Shown here one piece after another: positions 49,293 to 60,300 of a stretch of DNA of 64,000 nt. The notes under the pieces are model-generated. The model saw only the letters and a list, made by a program, of their open reading frames with translations. It was not told the DNA's origin and did no database searches. Position numbers and translations under genes: made by a program. This stretch comes from Actinomycetales bacterium. GTDB lineage: Bacteria; Actinomycetota; Actinomycetes; Actinomycetales; Dermatophilaceae. The stretch spans positions 1,268 to 65,267 of the forward strand of contig JBBRZQ010000005.1 of NCBI GenBank assembly GCA_038236535.1. The letters are read 5' to 3'. Each line of letters starts with the position of its first letter. Positions within the stretch are counted from its first letter, which is position 1.

Positions 49293-49385
49293 CCTCGTGC
49301 GCCCGCCACAAGCCATCCCGAAGTCGGCCCGAAGTCGCTGCCTTGGGCCGTGCAAATGCCCTGGTTGTGGCCCTGTAGACGCCGG

Positions 49386-50027
49386 TCAGTGGCCACGGTC
49401 GAGCCATTCCTGCAGATGAGGGGCCTCGTCGCCGATGGTGGTGTCGTCGCCATGGCCGGTGTGGACCACCGTCTCGGGGGGCAGGGTCAGCAGCCTGGTC
49501 CGGATCGAGTCGACGATCGTCGGAAAGTCGCTGAATGACCGGCCGGTCGCGCCCGGCCCGCCGTTGAAAAGGGTGTCGCCGCCGAAGACCGCACCGAGGT
49601 CCGGCGCGTGGAAGCAGCAGGATCCCGGCGAGTGGCCGGGCGTGTGCAGGACGTGCAGGTCCACCCCGCCGACGGTCAGCACGTCGCCGTCGGCCAGGTC
49701 GCGGTCGGGGGCTGCGGAGTAGACCGTGTCCCAGAGCATCCGGTCGCCAGGGTGCAGGTATGACGGGCCGCCCGTTGCCTGCGAGACCTCACCGACAGCC
49801 CCGATGTGGTCATCGTGCGCGTGCGTCAGCGGCAGAGCGATGACCCTGCGTCCGGCCACGGCAGCCAGGATCGACTGACCGTCGTGGGCTGCGTCGATGA
49901 TGAGGCACTCGGTGTCGTTGCCCAGGACCCAGACGTTGTTGTCGACTTCCCAGGTGCCGCCGTCGAGGCTGAACGTGCCCGAGGTGACGACTTTCTCGAC
50001 CCGGACCCGGCCGGCTGCCTCGCTCAC
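49386..50027 (-). CDS. MBL fold metallo-hydrolase (glyoxalase II-like; S-formylmycothiol hydrolase candidate)
   Basis: THAHDDH (HxHxDH) and [12 protein letters not shown] overlap with the upstream dehydrogenase stop. Confidence 0.8.
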   Translation of the reverse strand: MSEAAGRVRVEKVVTSGTFSLDGGTWEVDNNVWVLGNDTECLIIDAAHDGQSILAAVAGRRVIALPLTHAHDDHIGAVGEVSQATGGPSYLHPGDRMLWDTVYSAAPDRDLADGDVLTVGGVDLHVLHTPGHSPGSCCFHAPDLGAVFGGDTLFNGGPGATGRSFSDFPTIVDSIRTRLLTLPPETVVHTGHGDDTTIGDEAPHLQEWLDRGH

Positions 50028-51109
50028 AGGACGACGACCGAGCGCAGGACCTCGCCGCGCTGCATCTTCTCGAACGCCGGCTCGATGTCGCTCAGCGTGA
50101 TCGTCTCCGAGACGAAACGGCCCAGGTCGAACCGGCCCTGACGGTAGAGGTCGACCAGCATCGGGAAGTCGCGGCCGGGCAGGCAGTCGCCGTACCAGCT
50201 CGACTTCAGGGAGCCGCCCCGGCCGAAGATGTCGATCATCGGCAGGGTCACCTCGAGGTCCGGGTTCGGGACCCCGACCAGCACGACGGTGCCGGCCAGG
50301 TCGCGGGCGTAGAACGCCTGCCGGTAGGTCTCCGGCAGGCCCACGGCGTCGATCACCACGTCCGCGCCGAACCCGCCGGTGAGCTCGCGGATCGCCTCGA
50401 CGGCGTCCCGTTCGCGGGAGTTCACGGTGTGCGTGGCGCCGAAGCTGCGCGCCCACGCCAGCTTCTTGTCGTCGATGTCGACGGCGATGATCGTAGTGGC
50501 ACCAGCCACCGACGATCCGGCGATAGCAGCGTTGCCGACCCCGCCAGCGCCGATCACCGCCACCGAGTCACCACGGCTGACACCACCGGTGTTGACGGCG
50601 GCACCGAACCCCGCCATCACCCCGCAGCCCAGCAGGCCCACGGCAGCGGCATCGGCTTGCCGGTCGACCTTGGTGCACTGCCCGGCTGCCACCAGGGTCT
50701 TCTCGGTGAACGCGCCGATCCCCAACGCCGGCGACAGCTCGGTGCCGTCGGTCAGGGTCATCTTCTGGGTGGCGTTGTGGGTGTTGAAGCAGTACTGCGG
50801 CTTGCCTCTGGTGCACGCGCGGCACTGACCGCACACGGCCCGCCAGTTCAGGATCACGAAGTCACCAGGGGCAACCTCAGTGACACCCTCACCGACTGCC
50901 TCGACGGTGCCGGCGGCCTCGTGGCCCAGCAGGAAGGGGAAGTCGTTGTTGATCTGGCCCTCGCGGTAGTGCAGGTCGGTGTGGCAGACGCCGCACGCGG
51001 CGATGGCGACGACTGCCTCACCGGGTCCCGGGTCGGGCACGACGATCTCGACCACCTCGACCGGCGCACCCTTGGTGCGCGCGATGACTCCCTTGACGGT
51101 GCTGGGCAT
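50024..51109 (-). CDS. S-(hydroxymethyl)mycothiol dehydrogenase-like class III zinc alcohol dehydrogenase
   Basis: Contains [19 protein letters not shown] and CGQCRAC..G. The 361-aa length and the partner MBL gene are typical of the actinobacterial formaldehyde detoxification pair. Confidence 0.85.
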   Translation of the reverse strand: MPSTVKGVIARTKGAPVEVVEIVVPDPGPGEAVVAIAACGVCHTDLHYREGQINNDFPFLLGHEAAGTVEAVGEGVTEVAPGDFVILNWRAVCGQCRACTRGKPQYCFNTHNATQKMTLTDGTELSPALGIGAFTEKTLVAAGQCTKVDRQADAAAVGLLGCGVMAGFGAAVNTGGVSRGDSVAVIGAGGVGNAAIAGSSVAGATTIIAVDIDDKKLAWARSFGATHTVNSRERDAVEAIRELTGGFGADVVIDAVGLPETYRQAFYARDLAGTVVLVGVPNPDLEVTLPMIDIFGRGGSLKSSWYGDCLPGRDFPMLVDLYRQGRFDLGRFVSETITLSDIEPAFEKMQRGEVLRSVVVL

Positions 51110-51202
51110 TGGTGACTCCTCGATCGAATCGTGGACAGTGTGAGGTGACCAACCTAGCGAGCCGCGTGCAGCGCCCGGGACCAGAAGGTGCGCCGCGACC
51201 GG

Positions 51203-51739
51203 TCAGCTGAGCAGCGCCTCGAGGTCGACCTGGATCTGCTGAGGAGTGACGTTGGGCTCGTAGCGGCGGACCACTTCGCCGTCCCTGCCGATGAGGAACT
51301 TGGTGAAGTTCCACTTCACCTCGTCGGTCCCCAGCGTCTCTGGCCGAGAGGCCTTCACGTGGTCATACAGCGGGCCGTTGGCCGGGCCGAAGTCGCCCGG
51401 TGCCTGGGCGCGCAGATGAACGAACAACGAGTCGGCCAACGGCCCGTTGACGTCGATCTTGCCGAAGACGGGGAAGGTCACGTCGTACTGAGTCGAGCAG
51501 AAGTTCCGGATCTCTTCGTCGGTGCCAGGTTCCTGGCCGCCGAACTGGTTGCAGGGGAAGGCCAGGACGGCCAGCCCGCGGCCCTTGCCGTTGCGGTGCA
51601 GCGATTCCAGCCCTTCGTACTGCGGGGTCAGGCCGCACTTGCTGGCGACGTTGACGATGAGCACGACCTGGCCGGCGTACTGCTGAAGGGTCTGGATTGC
51701 TCCCGTGTCCGTGGTGACAGAGAACTGGTCGATACTCAT
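51203..51739 (-). CDS. glutathione peroxidase family protein
   Basis: NVASKCGLTPQY (peroxidatic Cys) and FPCNQFGGQEPG. Confidence 0.9.
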   Translation of the reverse strand: MSIDQFSVTTDTGAIQTLQQYAGQVVLIVNVASKCGLTPQYEGLESLHRNGKGRGLAVLAFPCNQFGGQEPGTDEEIRNFCSTQYDVTFPVFGKIDVNGPLADSLFVHLRAQAPGDFGPANGPLYDHVKASRPETLGTDEVKWNFTKFLIGRDGEVVRRYEPNVTPQQIQVDLEALLS

Positions 51740-52198
51740 GAGCTTCCTTCGCTAGGTGCTGCCACCGGGTCGGTCGCAGTCTGATCTGGCCGGCAGGGTG
51801 GGGTTTGCGGTTCACGGTCGCTGTCACGGTGACGTCGCTTCTCAGGCGTGGTTGCTCATGGAGGTGACCGGCGTTGGCTTGGATCATCAGAGGGAACCGC
51901 AGGCCGGGGCGAGTCATTCCTTCGGGCTTCGCGCATCTGGTGGTCGCGCGGCCGTTTCCAGAGCCGCCCTCATCGTGACCTCCAGCAGCCAGTGCCCCGT
52001 CCGACGGCGCGCACCGAGTGACCTGTCGTGAGTGCCGCGACGCGCACAGTTTCAGATTGAGCCGGCACACTCCGCCCGATACGGTGAGCCCGCACCCGTC
52101 CACATCGGCTTCAGGATGTGAAGAACGGGGGTTGCCCCGTCAGGTTCGATGAGTCGGTCTGCTGTCCTTGAAGGGCCGCCGCCGAGGAGGAGATCGAC

Positions 52199-53779
52199 AT
52201 GAGAACGCCTGTCTTGACTGCGGATGAAGCGATCGCGCTGATCCAGGACGAAAGCATGCTGGCCGTTGCCGGATTCATCGGGGTGGGGAACCCCGAGGAG
52301 CTCACATCAGCACTCGGGGCCCGGTTCCTGCGGACCGGCGGGCCGAAGAATCTCTCCCTGATCTTCGCGGCGGGTCAGGGCGACGGCAAGGATCGGGGAC
52401 TCAACCACCTTGCGCACGAAGGTCTGGTCAAGCGCGCCATCGGCGGGCACTGGAACCTCCTGCCCAAGCTCGGAAAGATGGCTGTCGAGAACAAGATCGA
52501 GGCGTACAACCTTCCCCTGGGCGTCATCGCCCATCTCTTCCGGGACATCGGCGGTGGCCGGCCTGGCACGTTGACCCACGTCGGCCTGCAGACGTTCGTC
52601 GACCCCCGCAACGGCGGCGGAAAGCTCAACCAGATCACCACCGAAGACCTGGTCGAGCTGATGAGCGTGAAGGGCAAGGAGTGCCTGCTCTATCACGGGT
52701 TCCCCATCGACGTAGCCTTCATTCGCGGGACCACCGCCGATGAGGACGGAAACGTCTCCTTCGAGAAAGAGGCAGCAACCCTCGAGAGCCTCTCCATCGC
52801 CCAGGCAGTCAAGCACAGCGGTGGCATCGTCATCGTGCAGGTCGAGGGGACGGTCGCGGCGGGAAGCCTCAAGGCGACCGATGTCCAGATTCCCGGCATC
52901 CTCGTTGACGCCGTGGTGGTCTCAAGCCGGCCCGAGTTCCAGATGCAGTCATTCGGCGAGCAGTACAACCCCGCCTACAGTGGCGAGATCCGGTTCCCGA
53001 TCACTGAGCTGAAGTCCATCCCCCTTGACGAGCGAAAGATCATCGCCCGCCGGGCCTTCCTGGAGGTCGCTCCGGACTCGATCGTCAACCTGGGAATCGG
53101 ACTTCCCGAGGCAGTTGCCTCGGTCGCGGCGGAAGAGGGAGCCCTCGACCAGTTCGTCCTGACCGTTGAGTCCGGCCCGATCGGTGGCGTGCCCGCAGGC
53201 GGCCTGAGCTTCGGGGCGAGCTTCAATCCGGACTGCATTCTGGACATGCCGTACCTGTTCGACTTCTATGACGGCGGCGGGCTGGATACCGCGGTGCTCG
53301 GGATGGCGCAGCTGGACAGCCACGGCGACGTCAACGTCAGCCGGTTCGGCCCGCGCATTGCCGGAGCCGGTGGCTTCATCAACATCTCGCAGAGTGCGAA
53401 GAAGGTCGTCTTTTGCGGCGCTTTCACGGCCAAGGGACTGAAGGTGGAGATCAGAGATGGCGATCTGGTCATCCTTCAGGAAGGCGAGATCTTCAAGCTC
53501 ATCGATGACGTCGAGCAGATCACGTTCAGCGCCAGCTACGCTCGCAAGAAGGGGCAGGCGGTGCTGTATGTCACAGAGCGGGCCGTCTTCTCGGCGGGAG
53601 TCGATGGGCTGGTGCTCGAAGAGATCGCTCCCGGCATAGACCTTCAAAGAGACATCCTCGATCTGATGAGCTTCCGTCCGGGTATTTCCGAGACGCTGAA
53701 GACGATGGATCCGGCGCTCTTCCGGGAGGGGCCCATGACCAGCACCGTCGATCCCAAAGAACGAGTTGCCGTGGGATGA
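52199..53779 (+). CDS. acyl-CoA:acetate/propionate CoA-transferase (YdiF/Pct-like, family I)
   Basis: 526 aa. GAGGAGGAG lies upstream of the ATG. Full-length resemblance to fused alpha/beta CoA-transferases (GGHWNL.PKL, ESGP.GG). Confidence 0.8.
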   Translation: MRTPVLTADEAIALIQDESMLAVAGFIGVGNPEELTSALGARFLRTGGPKNLSLIFAAGQGDGKDRGLNHLAHEGLVKRAIGGHWNLLPKLGKMAVENKIEAYNLPLGVIAHLFRDIGGGRPGTLTHVGLQTFVDPRNGGGKLNQITTEDLVELMSVKGKECLLYHGFPIDVAFIRGTTADEDGNVSFEKEAATLESLSIAQAVKHSGGIVIVQVEGTVAAGSLKATDVQIPGILVDAVVVSSRPEFQMQSFGEQYNPAYSGEIRFPITELKSIPLDERKIIARRAFLEVAPDSIVNLGIGLPEAVASVAAEEGALDQFVLTVESGPIGGVPAGGLSFGASFNPDCILDMPYLFDFYDGGGLDTAVLGMAQLDSHGDVNVSRFGPRIAGAGGFINISQSAKKVVFCGAFTAKGLKVEIRDGDLVILQEGEIFKLIDDVEQITFSASYARKKGQAVLYVTERAVFSAGVDGLVLEEIAPGIDLQRDILDLMSFRPGISETLKTMDPALFREGPMTSTVDPKERVAVG

Positions 53780-53938
53780 CTGGCCTGGGTGTCACGGTGA
53801 CCGCAAGGATCGCTGATTCCCGGCACATCGCCGCCTGCCCCCTCAGGTGAGCCTGCGGAACGCCTAGAGTTGACCTCCGATTGCCTGCCGGCCCATCCTT
53901 GTTTCTATTCGTGAACCGGTGACGAAAGGGCGGGCTGC

Positions 53939-54313
53939 ATGTTGGAGAACTCGAAAGCCTTTAGCGGCTTCTCCGTCGACGACATCTCCGCGGCGAAGGC
54001 CTTCTACGGCGAGACCCTGGGACTCGATGTCTCGGAGGACCACGGCATGCTGACACTCCATCTAGCCGGGGACCGCGACACCCTGGTCTATCCGAAGGCC
54101 GACCACACGCCGGCGACCTATACGATCCTCAACTTCCCCGTCCCCGACATCGAGGCCGCGGTTGACGAGCTGACCGGCCGCGGGGTCAGGTTCAGGCGAT
54201 ACGAGGGCACCCCTGGCGAGACCGACGAGAAGGGAATCTTTCGGAAGGGCGGACCCCTGATTGCCTGGTTCGCGGACCCGGCCGGGAACACCCTCTCCGT
54301 CATCGAGCAGTGA
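53939..54313 (+). CDS. VOC (glyoxalase/bleomycin resistance) family protein
   Basis: [19 protein letters not shown] ... [12 protein letters not shown]. 124 aa. Confidence 0.8.
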   Translation: MLENSKAFSGFSVDDISAAKAFYGETLGLDVSEDHGMLTLHLAGDRDTLVYPKADHTPATYTILNFPVPDIEAAVDELTGRGVRFRRYEGTPGETDEKGIFRKGGPLIAWFADPAGNTLSVIEQ

Positions 54314-55107
54314 TTGTCCGATCGCCGGAAGAGGATGGGCCTACGGGACGAATTGGGTCCGGCAATGAGCAGCGGTGACGTGCTCCGCAGCGACGGTCGT
54401 CGCCACCGCTCCAGGCCATGTCGCCACCGTTCGCCACAACGTGTTCGACTGCCATGGCAGCCACGGACGTGGCTAGTCTTGATCGGATCATGGGCTGCAT
54501 CCTCGGCGCGCTCGACCCGTCCAACGGCATGCGAGTCGCCCATTCCGACGCAGCAGCCGGAGCTGCCGGGGAAATTCCGGCACCCGAGTCCGACGACGGA
54601 AGCACCCGCATACCCTTCACCAGCGAAGTCACGACGGCGCACAAAGAGCGGCTGGGGGGTTGGATCGTCAATGGGTCTTCCGGTCAGTCACCCGATCAGC
54701 GGGTTCGCTCCGCTGTCCCGGCTATGGCCGGCCGCGGAGGGCTGGGTCCGGACGCACGCCAACTACCCCTGGCGCCGGGCGGCACTGTTGACGACCCGCG
54801 CCGTCCCGAGCTGCCACTGCACGCCGTCGACGGTGTGATCGGAAAGGCCAGCACCACCGTGGATGCTACGACCGATTCACCCACCTCAGGCGGTCGAGGC
54901 CGCAGACTATGACTGCTGCGGTCGCCGACCTCACCCAGCTGGGCATGCGCCCATCAGCGAAACCGCGGCCAGGCAGCCCATCGGTCCGAACATTGGCCCC
55001 GCTCCCGGCGCAGGGCGGACCCTCTGACATCCTGCCGGGGATGTCGTGAATGCTGTCCTCGTGGCGCCCTGCGCCAGCCGTCCCGTCTACCGCGCCGAAC
55101 GGAAACC

Positions 55108-55365
55108 ATGAACCACACGCGTATCAATCCCAGCGACGCCCGTGACGTCCTCGGCTACCACCATGATGGTGACGGCGAGCGCGTCGACTTCAAGAGCAAC
55201 CTCATCAGCGCCATCCGCTGCGCCGGTCCCGAGGACCGTGCCCTTCTGGCTCTGGGCTTCCCCAGCCTGGTGGCAGCGATTGAGTCCCAGACCTCCAACC
55301 CAGCGAGCATCGAGTACCTGGAGGGCATCGCCCGAAGCTACGAACGGCCGTCGGTGCAGGGCTGA
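55108..55365 (+). CDS. small hypothetical protein (85 aa)
   Basis: ORF with moderate coding look. LISAIRCAGPEDRALLALGFPSLVAAI resembles, from memory only, small proteins seen in actinophage and prophage regions. Confidence 0.4.
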   Translation: MNHTRINPSDARDVLGYHHDGDGERVDFKSNLISAIRCAGPEDRALLALGFPSLVAAIESQTSNPASIEYLEGIARSYERPSVQG

Positions 55366-55548
55366 CCAGCACGCTGCGACAGCCCCTCGCGCAGTAGATG
55401 GGCGGGGTCCGGAGGGCGCTGACGTGCTGGGAGAGCGCCGAGTCGCGATCACCGGGGTTCGGGCGGACGGCCACTCTGGCGCCGCCCAACGATCGGTGTG
55501 ACGATGAAGGCAGGGACAAAAGGTGCGGCAACCGCACAGGAGACCGGC

Positions 55549-55800
55549 ATGGGGAGCCAGGTAACTCAACGGGTCAGGACAGCGGCGCTGTCCGTGGCCG
55601 CAGCCCTGAGCGGGTTCGTCATCGCCGTCATCGCCATCCTGAACCTGCACATCCTCGTGGGTCTTGAGGATGGCTACGCCGCCAGCCCGGCAGAAGTGTA
55701 CGAGTGGTCGGCTCTGCTCGCCGTGGTCGACCTCGCGCTGCTGGTCGCCGGCCCGGTGCTCGGGGTCTTCGTGATCTCGAGGCTTCGCCCTCAGGGATGA
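55549..55800 (+). CDS. small two-TM membrane protein (83 aa)
   Basis: ATG 6 nt after AGGAG. Two clear hydrophobic helices. Confidence 0.5.
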   Translation: MGSQVTQRVRTAALSVAAALSGFVIAVIAILNLHILVGLEDGYAASPAEVYEWSALLAVVDLALLVAGPVLGVFVISRLRPQG

Positions 55801-55873
55801 GGTGCTCGGCAGCGGGCTGGTCCACGACCACGCTGCCTGTTCTGGAGCAGGAGCGGATCTCGGGCGGGCTGCG

Positions 55874-57115
55874 TTACTCGAGGTGATGGGTGACGTAGCT
55901 GTGCGGCGCCACCGTGAGGCCGCCGACGTGGGCGGGCTGGTCGTCGGTGTTCAGGGCGAGGATCAGCTGCTGATCGTCCTTGCTGAGATGTATGGCGATG
56001 GAGGTGTTGCTGACGTCGGAGGTGGTCAGGTTGGCGTCAACCAGCCACGGGTGGTCTCTGCGAAGCGCGACCAGACCCTTGTACAGGGCCAGGGTCTCGG
56101 CGCCCAGGGGGGACAGCTCCTCAGGGGTCAGCGGGAACGGCGGTCGGACGGCGTCGTCTCCCTGGGGCTGGTCCAGCTTCTCCCCGGTGTAGCCCTGTTC
56201 GTCGCCGGCGTAGATGGTCGGGATGCCGGGCACCGTCATCAGAATCGCGACGGCCAGCGGCAGATGGCGCGAATCGGTGAGCTTGGTGGCGATCCGGGTC
56301 ACGTCATGGTTGCCGAGGAAGGTCTGAGCCCGGAACGAGGATGAGAACTCGGCGTGGCGTTTCAGCGTCCACGCGAGCTCATGGAAGTTCCCGTCGTTCA
56401 GCGAGCTCCACGTCGCCTTCCACAGCTCGTACTGGGTGAGCGAGTCGACGCCGCTGCGGGACACGAAGTCGCCATAGTCACCGTGGATGACCTCGGCCAC
56501 GATCCACGCGTGCGGATAGGCAGCCTTCACCCGCTCGATGACCGGGCGCCACGCCGCCGCCCCGGGAGCGAAGCCGGCATCCAGGCGCCAGCCGTCGATG
56601 CCGCGGCCGAGCCAGTAGGTCATCACGTCCACGATGTAGTCGACGACCGGCGGGTGTCCGAAGTTCAGCTCGACCAGGTCGAAGTTTCCCTCGAAGGCGA
56701 TGGGGTGTCCGTGGTCCCACTTGAGCCAGTGGCCCTCCTCGGACTCGGGGCCGGCGGCAATCGCGCGCAGCACGATCTGGTGGTCGCGGCTGACATGGTT
56801 GAACACGCCGTCCAGGCAGACTCGGATGCCACGTTCGCCGGCATCGCGCATCAGGTCATCGAAGTCCGCGTCGTCGCCGAGGCGTGGGTCGATGCGAAAG
56901 TGGTCCAGGGCGTCATAACCGTGGGACGTGGAGGCAAAGACGGGCGCGAGCATGAGGCCGTTACATCCCAGCTCGATGAGGTAGTCGAACCAGTTCGTCA
57001 GGCGCCCGAGGCGGTGGTTCGGTTCGCCTTCTGGACGGTCTTCGGCACGCTCTTCTGCTCCCACGAACCGCAGGGGATAGCAGTGCCACCAGATGACCGA
57101 ACTGAGCCAATCCAT
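55874..57115 (-). CDS. alpha-amylase family (GH13) glycoside hydrolase
   Basis: All four GH13 regions are present: DGVFNHVS, GWRLDAG, AEVIHG and FLGNHD. Confidence 0.9.
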   Translation of the reverse strand: MDWLSSVIWWHCYPLRFVGAEERAEDRPEGEPNHRLGRLTNWFDYLIELGCNGLMLAPVFASTSHGYDALDHFRIDPRLGDDADFDDLMRDAGERGIRVCLDGVFNHVSRDHQIVLRAIAAGPESEEGHWLKWDHGHPIAFEGNFDLVELNFGHPPVVDYIVDVMTYWLGRGIDGWRLDAGFAPGAAAWRPVIERVKAAYPHAWIVAEVIHGDYGDFVSRSGVDSLTQYELWKATWSSLNDGNFHELAWTLKRHAEFSSSFRAQTFLGNHDVTRIATKLTDSRHLPLAVAILMTVPGIPTIYAGDEQGYTGEKLDQPQGDDAVRPPFPLTPEELSPLGAETLALYKGLVALRRDHPWLVDANLTTSDVSNTSIAIHLSKDDQQLILALNTDDQPAHVGGLTVAPHSYVTHHLE

Positions 57116-57367
57116 ACTTTTGTGTCCTTCTTCCGAGCCGGCGCTTGAGTCGAATCCCTCCGACGCTACAGGGATGCCGTTCAGGACGCCCGCCTCGCCC
57201 CGAGGGGCGCCATCCAGCTGCTGCTTCCCGCGGACCAGGTCGACATGCGCTTTCGGCGGTGCGAACCTTCTCCAGCTCGGCTCTCGCCGGGGTGAGAGAT
57301 CTGGCTCCGTTCCGACCGGTCTTCGCAGTCATGGCCACTGGCCCGTGACGTCATTAGGCTGGAAGCC

Positions 57368-60300
57368 GTGGACCAGGGTGGGGTGGGCGTTGAAGGGCTG
57401 CCGTTCGTTGGCGGACCGCGCCAGGAGCTGGTGGCGCGTCTGCTCAGGGAGTTCGACCAGGTCAGCGAGTCCGGGACGCCTAGGTGGTGTTCCCTGGAGG
57501 AGGACTCCGGCTGGGGAAAGACCCGGGTCGTTCAGGAGCTCTACCGGCGGCTTGCCGCTGAACGGCAGCCCGTTCCGAAGTACTGGCCGTCGTCGCTGGT
57601 TCCGGTGGCTCAAGCCGTGCAGAGCGCCGGGCCGCCGATGGGTATGCGGAAGAGGGTGATCCCCGAGAGGGTGGTCCCCGAGGACGAGGCCGTTCCCCGG
57701 TGGTTCTGGTGGGGGATCTCGTGCGCCACGCGAAGCGGTACGGCGGTTCAGGCGCTGGCCGACGACGTGACGCAGTTCGTGGAACATCGGGTCGGGCTGG
57801 AGCAACGGTGGCAGCAGCTGACCTCACCCGAGGAGCCTCGGGTGGCAGGGGGATTCCTAGAACAGGCTGAGGTGGTCGAGACACCTGCAGGAGAGGTTCT
57901 GGGCGTCGCTGCCAGCCTGGGAAACCTGCCCGTTCCCGGTCTGGGCCTGCTGGCGCTGACGGCGAGGTCGGGCGTGCGGGGCCGAGGCGAGGATGGTCCT
58001 GGCGTGGTCGAGGCCGCCGGCCGCGACGGGGCAGGCCTTGTCGACGAGCTTGCCCCTGCGCTGGAACGACTCAGCGCTGCGGGACTGCCGATCGTGATCA
58101 CGATCGAGGATCTGCACCTGGCCGACGAGAGCCTGGTGGAGGTTCTGGCTCGGCTTCTGGCGGCTCAGGACGCCCCCCTCCTGGTGATCTCGACGGCGAC
58201 CCGAGGGTCTCTGGACGAGGAGAGCCATCCTGCCCGCCGGCTCCTGGCGCGAGTGCAGCCGGACCGGGTATGCCGGGTGCTGACCGAGCAGGCCGTGCCC
58301 GATCTTGCGCCGAGCGAACGTGAGGCGATTGTCCGGGCGAGCCTGCCCGGGGTGTCAGCGCGGAACGCGGACCTGCTGGCGGATGCGTACCCGAATCCGC
58401 TGGCCCTCCAGCTGGCGTGCCGGGTGGGCTGGGTGCGCCACGCAGATCGCGACCTGACCGCCAAGGAGGTTGAGGGTCTGCCGCGCGGTGTCGGGGAGCT
58501 GCTGGCCCACCTGTGGGACGACCTCCCGGAGAACACCCGTCGGGCGCTGATGGTCGCGGCGCTCAGCACTCCAGCTGCGATCAGCGACAGCCTGGGATGT
58601 GGAGATACTCGCTGGGACCCTTCCTTGCTCGCGGCACTCCCGGCGACTGGGGCCTGGCCGGGTAGCAGCGCCGAAGGTCTCTCCGGGGTGCTGGCTCAGA
58701 CCCCGGATGCGGTCGCCTGGGCTCGGAGGGTCGACCAGGGCCTGCAACAGTTCCCGGACCCCGCTCAGTACGACGTCGCGCTCAGCAGGGCCAAGGCCGA
58801 GTATGACGAGGCCGGCCGGCGGTTGCTGTATGAGGCGGTGGCGCGAGGCACGTCCGCAGCAGAGGTCCGCTCGGCGAGCCAGGAGCTGAACCAGGCCCGC
58901 CTCCTCGTGGCGCTGGCCGACGAGGGGCTGCTCGACTGGGACCAGACCACCTTGGCAGGAGCGGTGACCCTGTGTGGGTCGCTGCGTGCGGCCCCCGATG
59001 TCGACGGCTGTCGTGCAGTGATCCGGATCGTCGAAAGTGCCGTGCGGTCCGCCGGAGGTGAGGCCGCCGCGGGCGCCCGGCTGCTGGCTTTGCGTGCGGC
59101 ATACGCAAGCGCGCTCGGTGAGTCAGGTCGGCTGGACGAGGCGGTGACGGCCTGTGAGCAGCTGCTGGCCGACGAGCGCCGGGTGCTGGGCCCGGACGAC
59201 CCCGGCACGCTGACCACCCGCGCGGCCCTGGCGTCCTGGCTTGGCCGGTCGGGTCGGCCGGCCGAGGCGGCCGCGGCAAATGAGCAGCTGCTGGCAGACC
59301 AGATCCGGGTGCTCGGCCCGGACGCCCCGGGCACTCTGGCCACCCGTGGCGCCGTGGCGGTGCTGCTGGCCGGCTCGGGTCGGGTGGCCGAGGCGATCAC
59401 CGCCTGCGAGCACCTGCTGGTAGACCGCCGGAGAGTGCTTGGCCCTGATCACCCCGACACCCTGGCCACTCGTGAGACCTTGGGCGGGCTGGTCGCCGGC
59501 TCGGGTCAGGATCGGGCACGCGAGGCGGTCACGGCTTTGGAGCAGCTGGTGGCCGACCGCACCCGGGTGTTCGGCCCGGACGCCCTCCGGACCCTGACTA
59601 CCCGCGGGGTTCTGGCCGGGTGGCTCGCGGGGTCGGGTCGGGTGGACGAGGCGATCACGGCGTACGGGCAGCTGCTGGCCGACCTCACCCGGGTGTTCGG
59701 CCCGGACGCACCCCAGGCGCTGGCTACCCGGGGCACCTTGGCGGGGCTGCACGCCAAGTCGGGTCGTCTGAGCGAGGCGATCGCCGCCTGCCAGCAGCTG
59801 CTGGCCGACCAGTGCCGGGCGCTCGGCCCGGACGCCCCCGAGACCCTGGCCTCCCGCAGCAACCTGGCGCACTGGCTGGCCGGGGCGGGCCGGCTGGCCG
59901 AGGCGGTCACCCAGTGCGAGCAGCTGCTGGCAGATCGTCTCCGGGTGCTCGGCCCGGATGCCCCCGAGACCCTGGCCGCCCGGAGCAGTCTGGCGGTCTG
60001 GCTCGGTGAGTCGGGTCGTGCCGCCGAGGCGGTCACCCAGTGCGAGCAGCTGCTGGCCGACCGGCTCCGCTTGCTGGGCCCGGACGCTCCCTCCACCTTG
60101 ACGGCCCGAAGCAACCTGGCCTCGTGGCTCGGTGAGTCGGGTCGGGTGGGCGAGGCGATCGACGCGCTGGAGCATCTGCTGGCCGACCAGCGCAGGGTGC
60201 TCGGCAAGGACGCCCAGGCCAACCTGACCACCCGGAACAACCTCGCGGACCTGCTCGGTGAGTCCGGTCAGGTGACTGAGGCGATCGCGGAGTTCGAGCA

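Noticed and set aside
54418-54912. 164-aa plus-strand ORF as a real gene, possibly an ADP-ribosylglycohydrolase fragment.
   Set aside because: Only a ~12-residue weak resemblance was seen. There is no RBS, the composition is atypical, and overlapping ORFs of similar quality occur on both strands. I kept it only as part of the unassigned-region finding.
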